A stretch of DNA of 40,189 bases from Dehalococcoidia bacterium (GTDB taxonomy: Bacteria; Chloroflexota; Dehalococcoidia; Lucifugimonadales; Australimonadaceae): positions 1 to 40,189 of the forward strand of contig JBJKQC010000260.1 in assembly GCA_046705745.1 (NCBI GenBank). Reading direction: 5' to 3'. The position numbers and the translations under genes were made by a program. Shown here piece after piece: positions 16,064-23,567 of this stretch. The notes below the pieces were generated by a model. The model worked only from the letters and a program-made list of their open reading frames with translations. It ran no database searches and was not told the DNA's origin. The stretch's first letter is position 1. Each line of letters starts with the position of its first letter.

Positions 16064-17275
16064 ATGGACAAATTGCGTCACCACCGGCTCTTGGCGTCAG
16101 TCCTTATAGGAGCGCTTCTGCTCCTCCTGGCCGCGGCTTGCGGTCAACCTGGCGCGGCCCAGTCGAATCAGCCGACGGCCACTCCAACCCCTACGCAGGC
16201 CGCCGCTCAGCCGACCGCTACAGCTACGCTGAGCTCGGCTTCGGCTGCTTCGCCAACAGCCACGCCCACGCAAGGTACGCCCTATTTCCAGGGCAAGACC
16301 ATTCGGCTCGTCGTGACTTCCTCGCCGGGCGGGGGCACCGACACCCAAGCGCGGTACTTGGCGGCCAAATGGAGCCAATTCATCCCGGGCCATCCCCGCA
16401 TCACCGTCAGCAATATCCGTCGGACTGCGGGCAGCAATTACGTCTGGAACGCCAAAGCCGATGGGACAACGCTGCTGTTCCAGGCACTTTCCGACATTGA
16501 TCGGATGGTGACTGACCCCCAGGCTCAGTACGACCTCCGCAAGGTCCACTTCATCGGCGGCTTCACGGTGGTCCAACCGGTGTTTATGACTTTCGACTCA
16601 GTGCCGTACAAGAGCGTGAATGACGCGATGGGGAAGACGCAGCCGGTTATCCGTTACGCCCTGGAAGCCCCAAGCGCGCAGAACATCAGCAGCGCTGACC
16701 TATCGGTCATGGCAATGGCCACATTCCTGAACCTTCCCTTCAAGTTCCTGCCGGTAGCCAAGTCCAGCACCGGTGACGTCATGCTCATGTATCAGCGGGG
16801 CGAGGTCGACTCCATCTACAAGCCCGGACTTTGGACCCAGATCCATGACTTGGACCCGGGATGGCAGAGTCAAGGCAAGATCAAGCCCTTCGCCATCATG
16901 GGGCTGCCCGGCGCTACCGTCGATCCCAATCCGGAAGGCCCGGCCAACGTGCCGTCCGTCGGTGACCTGGTGCCCAAGGACAAGCTGAGCCTCTGGGAAG
17001 CCATCACCGGGCCGTCTGTCATCATCGGCAAGAACATGTGGGCCCCTCCCGGCACGCCCGATTCCGCCGTCCAGATCTTGCAGAATGCCGCACAGGCGGC
17101 CATGCAAGACCCCACGTTCCTCGCCGGCTATCAGAAGCTCGCCGGCGCCGATACCAAGTTCACGCCCGCCTCGACATTGGAGCCGGAGATACAGCAGGGA
17201 GTCGAGGCGTATGTACAGAGCAAGGATGCCGTTACTGCTTTCCAGCAGCAGATGTTCAACCAGTGGTTCAAGTAG
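16064..17275 (+). CDS. tctC: Second TctC/Bug-family substrate-binding lipoprotein (tandem paralogue)
   Basis: ATG at 16064 with GGAGG 8 nt upstream (MDKLRHHRLLASVLIGALLLLLAAAC). Same tether and the same PGGGTDTQARYLAAKW core. The C-terminal 14 aa are identical to the upstream paralogue. Confidence 0.85.
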   Translation: MDKLRHHRLLASVLIGALLLLLAAACGQPGAAQSNQPTATPTPTQAAAQPTATATLSSASAASPTATPTQGTPYFQGKTIRLVVTSSPGGGTDTQARYLAAKWSQFIPGHPRITVSNIRRTAGSNYVWNAKADGTTLLFQALSDIDRMVTDPQAQYDLRKVHFIGGFTVVQPVFMTFDSVPYKSVNDAMGKTQPVIRYALEAPSAQNISSADLSVMAMATFLNLPFKFLPVAKSSTGDVMLMYQRGEVDSIYKPGLWTQIHDLDPGWQSQGKIKPFAIMGLPGATVDPNPEGPANVPSVGDLVPKDKLSLWEAITGPSVIIGKNMWAPPGTPDSAVQILQNAAQAAMQDPTFLAGYQKLAGADTKFTPASTLEPEIQQGVEAYVQSKDAVTAFQQQMFNQWFK

Positions 17276-17387
17276 GGAGACAGGTCACTAGCGCAGACCC
17301 AGGTGTGGAAGACAGTGCTTCGGGGCGCCGTTGCAATAGCAGTATGGATGGGGCCCCGGAGCACACGTTGACGAGAGGAAGAGGCAG

Positions 17388-19478
17388 ATGCTTCACGCCA
17401 TTGGGCAGTCGGTAGGCTATCTGGGCAACCCAGTCTATTGGGCGGCCGTGCTCATCGCAGTGGCGTTGGCCGTTCACGGTCTCATTCCCGGCGTCGGGTC
17501 GCTGACCATCCAGGCGCTGGCGATCCCGTTCATCCTTTTTCAGATCAAGGACCCCGCCATCGGCCTGGTCATGTTGGCGACCCTGGGCGGTACCAACAAT
17601 ACCCTGGACACCATCCCCTCCGTCCTGGTGGGGTTGCCGGGGGCGGCAACGCAGGTGACGTTCCTGGAAGGCCACCAGTTGGCGCGCCGAGGGCAGGCCG
17701 CCTTCACCATGGGGGCCATCTACGGCATATCCGCCATTGGCTGTGTGATTGGGGCCGTCACCTTGGCCGTAGTGATCCCCATCATCAAGCCGTTCATCCT
17801 CAAGTTCGGCTTTGCGGAAATCGCGGTCATGGCGCTGTTCGGCGTGGCGATGGTCTCGGTATTGAGCCACGGGGCCATGATCAAGGGCCTCGCCGGAGGC
17901 CTTATCGGGATGTTCCTGGGCAGTGTAGGCATGGAGACGCTGACCGGCATCCAGCGTTACACCTTCAGCCAGGACGCCCTAGTGACGGGGCTTCCATTGG
18001 TGGCGACGGTCCTGGGAGTCTTCGCTCTTCCCGAGCTGATAGACCTGACTGTCAGCCGGACAGCCGTCGCGCCTGAAGGGGCGTCGGTATCCATACGAGA
18101 GGTCTGGCGGGGGGCCGGTTACTCGCTGACGAAGAAGTGGGGGCTGGCGGTCCGCCAGTCCCTGTTTGGCGTGCTCATGGGCGCCATCCCGGGAATTGGG
18201 TCCGGTGTCGTGGACTGGCTGGCCTATGCCTTCGGCATCGCCTGGGCCAAGGATAGATCGCAGTTCGGCAAAGGGGCCCTGGACGGAGTGCTGTTTGCCG
18301 AGGCCGCCCAGAATTCCAAAGAGGGCGGGCAGGCGATTCCGACCCTGGCGCTGGGCGTGCCGGGCGGCACCGGATGGATCATGGTGATTGTGGGGATGCT
18401 TGCTTACGGCATTGCGCCGGGGCCGCAGATGGTGGGCCAGTACGCCTATATCACCATGCTGATGGTGTATACGCTGGCGATAGGGAACCTGGCGGTGGTG
18501 CTCATCGGTATGGTGGCGACGGGGCCGCTCGTGCGTTTGACGCGGCTCCCGTACCCGGCCATTGCTGGGGTCGTGATACCCCTGGCGCTGGTCGCTTCCT
18601 TCATCAATATGGAGGACTGGCTCGCGATTCCCATCGCGCTGGTGATGACGGTCCTTGGCCTATTCATGAAAGCATACGGGTGGCCCCGGCCGCCCCTGGT
18701 GCTTGGGTTCATTCTGGGGCCGATCATCGAGGAGAACCTGTTCACGGCGCTTTCGGTCTATGGAGTGGTGGGGACTATCACCCGGCCGGTGACCATCGTC
18801 ATGTTCATCTTGGTCGTTGCGTTCACCTTCGGCCTGAACCGGGCCATGCGCTCGTCCTCGAAGTCCGTTTCCGAGCTGACGGCGGAAGGGTCTGCCGGAG
18901 AGTTGCCTGCCGTAGGCGGGGCGGCGCCGACGGATTCGCCTGAAATGGTTGGGCCTTCAGGCGCTGTCTCTCGGGTGTTTTCGGGCTTCACGTGGCGCCG
19001 CCGGAACTTCTTCACGCTCTTTCTCATTGTTGGGTTTGGCCTCGCCGCCTGGCAGGCCGCGGGGTTCCCGTCGTTCAAGGCGGAATTCTTTCCCCTGGCT
19101 GCGGGCATTGGCGTGATGGCGCTGGCGGCCGTCCAGCTCATCATGGACAGCCGGAGCAAGGGCGGCAAGCAGGGCGACATCATGGATCTGGCGCTGCGCA
19201 GCGCGGGAGTTGCCGGGTGGCGACAGGGCGCGCTGCTCGTTTTGGGCCTGTTCGCCGCCTTTGTGTTCATATCGTACCTGTTCGGGCTGCAGTACGGGGC
19301 CATCGCCTTTGGATTCCTGGCGCCGATGCTCCTGCTGGAAGGCCGCCGGCGCTGGGTGGCCTCGGTCATTGCCGGGGCGGTAGTCGCGGCGTTCGTATTC
19401 GGCGTCGGGGACAAGCTCATGGTGATGATTTGGCCTCAGCCGGTGTTGGGCCACATGCTGTTCGGGCTGAATAACTAA
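17388..19478 (+). CDS. tctA: TTT transporter large permease TctA fused to a C-terminal TctB-like 4-TM module
   Basis: 696 aa. The N-terminal ~500 aa fit the TctA/DUF112 pattern (GLIPG.G....A...P..., FAEAAQNSKEGGQAIPTLALGVPG). A polar linker at about aa 505-540 is followed by four hydrophobic segments (FTLFLIVGFGLAAW..., FFPLAAGIGVMALAAV...) like TctB. Confidence 0.85.
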   Translation: MLHAIGQSVGYLGNPVYWAAVLIAVALAVHGLIPGVGSLTIQALAIPFILFQIKDPAIGLVMLATLGGTNNTLDTIPSVLVGLPGAATQVTFLEGHQLARRGQAAFTMGAIYGISAIGCVIGAVTLAVVIPIIKPFILKFGFAEIAVMALFGVAMVSVLSHGAMIKGLAGGLIGMFLGSVGMETLTGIQRYTFSQDALVTGLPLVATVLGVFALPELIDLTVSRTAVAPEGASVSIREVWRGAGYSLTKKWGLAVRQSLFGVLMGAIPGIGSGVVDWLAYAFGIAWAKDRSQFGKGALDGVLFAEAAQNSKEGGQAIPTLALGVPGGTGWIMVIVGMLAYGIAPGPQMVGQYAYITMLMVYTLAIGNLAVVLIGMVATGPLVRLTRLPYPAIAGVVIPLALVASFINMEDWLAIPIALVMTVLGLFMKAYGWPRPPLVLGFILGPIIEENLFTALSVYGVVGTITRPVTIVMFILVVAFTFGLNRAMRSSSKSVSELTAEGSAGELPAVGGAAPTDSPEMVGPSGAVSRVFSGFTWRRRNFFTLFLIVGFGLAAWQAAGFPSFKAEFFPLAAGIGVMALAAVQLIMDSRSKGGKQGDIMDLALRSAGVAGWRQGALLVLGLFAAFVFISYLFGLQYGAIAFGFLAPMLLLEGRRRWVASVIAGAVVAAFVFGVGDKLMVMIWPQPVLGHMLFGLNN

Positions 19479-19780
19479 TGGCGATGCCGGGCAGGGGAGG
19501 GCTGACGAGGGCGCATTCCTGCCACCCAAAGCCGGCCCACCCGCCGAATCGGCGCTGAGGCTGCGCAGACCGTCCTGGTCTTGGAATTGCTGTGCCTGCT
19601 TTCTGGTGAGTCCTCCTTCTCGGGGAGTTATCTCCGACCGCATCCTCAGTACCGCGTAGCCTGCTACTCCGTGCGAGCAATGTCCGCTTGCCGCTGCCTT
19701 GGTACACTGACACCAAGAGCCTGTCCGAAAACCGGTTTGCCCTCAGTCTGTCGAAGCTTGTCTTGGGCGCGGTCGAAGCA

Positions 19781-20116
19781 ATGTCTCTGCGGCGGTTTTC
19801 AGATAGCGGCGAGGAGGTGGTGATCGTGGAGCTCTCCGAGACTGCCCTCAGCGTCTTGCACGATGCGGTCCGCGAAAGTGGGCTGGAGGGCGGACGGGCC
19901 GTCCGGCTGGTGCGGGACGGCGATCAGTACGCTCTGACCATTGACGTCCCAAGCGGATGGGACAAAATCATCGAATACGACCACGTCCCGGTTCTAGTTC
20001 TCTCGAGAGACGTCGAAGATTCGCTAGGCCCGGCCGTTATTGAGGTCAAGGAGGATAGCGGCGCTTACCAGTTCATTGTCTACCGGACCTCGGCTGAGGC
20101 GAAGGGACGTCCTTGA
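19781..20116 (+). CDS. Hypothetical protein with an IscA/HesB-like sequence pattern but no Cys ligands
   Basis: Probable ATG at 19781 (MSLRRFSDSGEEVVIVELSETALSVLHDAVRESGLEGGRAVRLV...). The I.LTE.A...L......g...g..lRl pattern is HesB-like. Its stop overlaps the next gene's start (TGATG). Confidence 0.45.
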   Translation: MSLRRFSDSGEEVVIVELSETALSVLHDAVRESGLEGGRAVRLVRDGDQYALTIDVPSGWDKIIEYDHVPVLVLSRDVEDSLGPAVIEVKEDSGAYQFIVYRTSAEAKGRP

Positions 20117-20637
20117 TGCCACCACGTCATGTGCTGACGGGCATGGCCTCTGGCTTCATGGGCACCTTTGCATTGCGATGCACGACCGCATGGCTCTATA
20201 GGCTGCAGGGGGAGAGATCTAAACGCCGCGAGCAAGAGGTGCGACCGCGCCAGGCGATGGAAGTTTTTGCCGAGCGCATTGTTGGTCCATTTCCGGTTAG
20301 CGACGCTCGACGGCTTGGGGACCGATTGGCCGTCCCGCTCCATTGGGTATTCGGTCTCGCGGTCGGGGCCACCTATGGAGCCCTATACGCCAGATCTTCT
20401 AACCTAACGCGCTGGGCAGGTCTGCCCTTTGGGGCCCTGCTCTGGCTCGTCAATGACGAGGGCATGAACACCGCTCTCGGCCTCACGCCTCCGCCACAAA
20501 AATTCCCGCTTATCACCCACGTGCGGGGGCTGGTGGCGCATCTGGCCTTCGGCGTTGCTACCGCCGCCGTCTTCAGAGGGATTGAGCAGCGAATCAGTTC
20601 CAAGGGCTGGGAAGGACCTGCGTCTCGGCAAGCGTGA
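20116..20637 (+). CDS. Small membrane protein, DUF1440-like
   Basis: 173 aa with 3-4 hydrophobic segments (HWVFGLAVGATYGALYA, GLPFGALLWLVNDEGMN, GLVAHLAFGVATAAVF). The ATG overlaps the upstream stop by 1 nt. Family assignment is tentative. Confidence 0.45.
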   Translation: MPPRHVLTGMASGFMGTFALRCTTAWLYRLQGERSKRREQEVRPRQAMEVFAERIVGPFPVSDARRLGDRLAVPLHWVFGLAVGATYGALYARSSNLTRWAGLPFGALLWLVNDEGMNTALGLTPPPQKFPLITHVRGLVAHLAFGVATAAVFRGIEQRISSKGWEGPASRQA

Positions 20638-20754
20638 ACTCTATGGACTGGGCGGAGAACAGCGCGTCTACCTCGGCCACCCCTGAGTACAAGCAGGCAG
20701 TCGAGTGCTCCTCGGCCTTCAATTATGCGAACTGGAATACGGCCTACGGTTGCC

Positions 20755-21069
20755 TCAGGCAGCCAAGCCTTCATCCGTCACCACCGGCACCTCCACCTGC
20801 AGGCGCCCGGCCCGACTAAACTCCCTCAGCACAACATCCGCCAACTCGTCGTCCATCTCCACAATGTCGGGTTCGCCCTGCTCGACGAGCACCCGCTGGA
20901 ACTCCTCGTCCGAGTCAGCCAGGTGCGCGAAGTAGGCGTTCCCGTTCTGGTCCTTCATACGCTCATACCACCGGGACCGGTCGGTAACGAAGACCCGTCC
21001 CTCCAGCGGCGCGCCATGCTGTACGGCGAACACCCGAGGCTCCAATGCGACGAACAGGGGCTTTTCCAT
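20755..21069 (-). CDS. Hypothetical acidic protein, co-transcribed with the DUF2267 gene
   Basis: 104 aa. The start lies 2 nt after the upstream stop. Composition is protein-like. No motif was recognised. Confidence 0.45.
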   Translation of the reverse strand: MEKPLFVALEPRVFAVQHGAPLEGRVFVTDRSRWYERMKDQNGNAYFAHLADSDEEFQRVLVEQGEPDIVEMDDELADVVLREFSRAGRLQVEVPVVTDEGLAA

Positions 21070-21071
21070 CC

Positions 21072-21515
21072 CTATGCCGCCTGCGGCCAGAGCTCTTTGA
21101 CTTCGCCGGGCAAGATGCCCACGACGTCGGCTATCTCACCCTCGGTGACGTGCTTGGACAATACGCGGAAGACCGCCCGGGCCGCCTCCTCCGCGTCAAC
21201 TACCATGCTGCGGTTGCGCAGCTCACCGTCTATGCGGTCCAAAAACTCGCCCAAGTGGCGCTCGTGCACCGGCTTGCCTGACGGCTTCCAGCCCTGGTAG
21301 TACATGCCTGCAATCAGCATGGGCAGTTGAGCGCCGAGGTCCGCCGCTTCCTCCACCGTTAGCCGGTCACGCAGGGCGTGCAGCACCGCGCGGAGCGCAG
21401 AATAGGCGGCCTGGCGGTCCTCTTCCCCCAATTCGTCCCTTAGCTCCTGTAGCCAGATATGCGTCTTTTGGAGAGTGGTGTCAAAAGCATCAACGCCCGT
21501 TTCCGGCATGGCCAA
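21072..21515 (-). CDS. DUF2267 domain-containing protein
   Basis: 147 aa. A..ALRAVLHALRDRLTVEEAADLGAQLPMLIAGMYYQGWKP is the characteristic DUF2267 motif, followed by a second half-repeat (AARAVFRVLSKHVTEGEIADVVGILP). Confidence 0.75.
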   Translation of the reverse strand: MAMPETGVDAFDTTLQKTHIWLQELRDELGEEDRQAAYSALRAVLHALRDRLTVEEAADLGAQLPMLIAGMYYQGWKPSGKPVHERHLGEFLDRIDGELRNRSMVVDAEEAARAVFRVLSKHVTEGEIADVVGILPGEVKELWPQAA

Positions 21516-21750
21516 TCACCTTCACCCCTTGGTTTGTCTCGGGCCAACGTAGCGCGAGCGCCCATAGGGAAATTCCCCCTAACGTGCTATTCCAAGGGGC
21601 TGACTTTTGGCGCGCCGGTTAACACGGCCAGACATACTGGAAGGCTAGATGGCGAAGGAAAAGGACAGGCTACCCTTCGCCCCACCTCCGGCGGGGCTAC
21701 TCCGTCAACGGGCACCTTGTTTGCGAGGGCAAGAGACCGGCATCCGTACC

Positions 21751-22884
21751 CTACTTCGCTGCCAGGAAGCCTGTCAGCAGCGCCGCCGCCGCTTCGCGTG
21801 GGTTCTCTGCCTGCGTGACCGCGCTGATGACGCAGATGCCATCAGCGCCGGCCCGCGCAACGTCCCGAACGTTCCCTGCCGTGATGCCGCCGATGCCCAC
21901 GATTGGCGGACCGTCCGCCGGGATCACCTCTCGGATTTTCTGCAACGTCTCGGGCCCCGCAGGACGCGTATTGGACTTGGAGCTCGTCTCGAACATGCGC
22001 CCAACGGCGATATAGTCCGCTCCGAGCCGGTAGGACGCCGCGGCCTCCTCGACCAGGGCGTTGGAGATCCCTGCTATTTGCCATGGCATCAACACGCGCC
22101 GCGCGGCGTAAACGGGCAGGTCGTGCTGGCCAAGGTGTACGCCGTGGGCCTCTACGGCGACTGCCACGTCCGGATGGTCGTTGATCATGAGCGTGACGCC
22201 CGCCAGATGGCAGAGGTTGGCTAGCTGCTGCGCCAGGGGCAGGCCGTCGCCCTTCTCACGGCCCTTGTCTCTGAGCTGAAGCGCCGTCGCTCCTCCTACG
22301 ATGGCCTGCTCCGCTACCCAGACGGGGTCCCTCCCGTTAGTCAGCTCCGGGTCGATGATCACGTATAGCCCGCGCAGGTTCTCCGCAGCCCGCTGCCGAA
22401 ATCCAGACCCCGCCGTCCGAAAGACCTGAGTTAGCGCTTCCGCTAGCCCGACGAGCTGTGCCCGGCCTTCCGCCGCGGCCAACTCGCGCGGGATCAGGCG
22501 GTGCGTCTCCGCCACCATGGCCAGGGCCCCGCTCATAGCCATTAAGCGAACCTCCGGGGCCACCGGGCCGGAGAACATGCCGCGCATCGGCGCCATTTCC
22601 TCGATGGCCGCATCGATCACATCGATCACATCGTCCGACAGGCCCCCGAGGCCGATGGCCCGCGCCGCCGCCGTGACCCGGTTGGTGGTCTCTTCCGTGT
22701 CTTGGGCCAGCCGGAGGTCTTCCCGCAGCATCTGCAGGCCGCTGAACACCCAGCGCATCGCGGGGTTCGTGGACTCTGGGCTTGGCGGTGGGTAGTTGGG
22801 CGTGGTCAATGTGCGTGTCCTCGCTGAAGTAAGCACTGCGGAATGATTGCCTGTATTCTGGGACGCACGGAGTTTACCTCCCAT
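21751..22884 (-). CDS. thiE: Thiamine-phosphate synthase (ThiE) with a ~165-aa N-terminal extension of unknown function
   Basis: The C-terminal ~210 aa carry LYVIIDP...GGATALQLRDK...LMINDHPDVAVAVEAHGVHLGQHDLP...AVGRMFETSSK...IVGIGGIT, the canonical ThiE TIM barrel. The maximal ORF starts at 22884, but an alternative ATG at 22758 (MRWVFSGL...) is at least as plausible. Confidence 0.85.
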   Translation of the reverse strand: MGGKLRASQNTGNHSAVLTSARTRTLTTPNYPPPSPESTNPAMRWVFSGLQMLREDLRLAQDTEETTNRVTAAARAIGLGGLSDDVIDVIDAAIEEMAPMRGMFSGPVAPEVRLMAMSGALAMVAETHRLIPRELAAAEGRAQLVGLAEALTQVFRTAGSGFRQRAAENLRGLYVIIDPELTNGRDPVWVAEQAIVGGATALQLRDKGREKGDGLPLAQQLANLCHLAGVTLMINDHPDVAVAVEAHGVHLGQHDLPVYAARRVLMPWQIAGISNALVEEAAASYRLGADYIAVGRMFETSSKSNTRPAGPETLQKIREVIPADGPPIVGIGGITAGNVRDVARAGADGICVISAVTQAENPREAAAALLTGFLAAK

Positions 22885-22989
22885 GGGCTTCCCGTTGGCA
22901 ATCCATGTGGACCGCTCGGACTATTCCTGTGCCTATCCTCCCTTGCCCGCTAGGCGGTGCTCCGCGACAATGCCCCCGTGATTTCGCCT

Positions 22990-23565
22990 ATGCAGACCCG
23001 CTTTGGTGAAGTGGTGGAGGCGTCGCTGGAACGTCTGGTGGGGCAGTGCCATCGTCTCTACGATGCGCCGCCCCTGGGCAGACTCGTACGCGCTGGCGAT
23101 ACCGTTTACGGCGTGGTGCAAGATGTCGCCACGACGGCCTTGGACCCCACGCGTCGGGTGATCGCGCGAGGCGCGGATGCAGCTTCCGAGGATGAAATAT
23201 ACCGGGAACACCCTCAGCTCGAGCGCCTACTCCGTACGGACGTGGCCCTGGCCGTCGTAGGCCATCGCGAGGGGGGCGAGGTATGCCAGTACCTCCCGCC
23301 GTTGCCGCCGCGCATTCACACCTTCCTGCACCTCTGCCCGCCGGAAGAGATCCGCGCTTTCATGACCAAGTTCGACTTTCTGCCCCTGCTGGTACGGGTA
23401 GGCCAGCCCGGCGCCGATGACCTTGTTGCCGCAGTCCTGCGTCAGGCGTCCATGGCCTTCGACGCGCCGCACGATTTCCTGATCTCCGGCGGCCGCGCCC
23501 TCGCCGCATTGCTGTCGCGCGACACCGTCCGGCTGAACGCCGTCCTACGGAGGCTGCCGCTCTGA
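22990..23565 (+). CDS. HAS-barrel-like domain protein without an ATPase domain, paralogous to the N-terminus of the downstream HerA-like gene
   Basis: ATG at 22990 (the track ORF begins at GTG 22957). FGEVVEASLERLVGQC...LGRLVRAGDTVYGVVQDV and LAVVGHREGGEVCQYLPPLPPRIHTFLHLCPPEEIRAF parallel LGVVVGGSLSRGLDV...VGTFVTVLGSAHRYFGIITDL and ILAIGIGENNPQPARSLPGHFARVYRATNEDVQAVF in the next gene. Its stop lies 2 nt before the next ATG. Confidence 0.5.
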   Translation: MQTRFGEVVEASLERLVGQCHRLYDAPPLGRLVRAGDTVYGVVQDVATTALDPTRRVIARGADAASEDEIYREHPQLERLLRTDVALAVVGHREGGEVCQYLPPLPPRIHTFLHLCPPEEIRAFMTKFDFLPLLVRVGQPGADDLVAAVLRQASMAFDAPHDFLISGGRALAALLSRDTVRLNAVLRRLPL

Positions 23566-23567
23566 GC

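Noticed and set aside
22758-22960. TPP riboswitch upstream of thiE (minus strand)
   Set aside because: A possible closing stem exists (GTGCGTC ... GACACGCAC). However, the enclosed ~45 nt is too short and lacks the conserved CUGAGA and ACCUGAUCUGG...GCGUAGGGA blocks.
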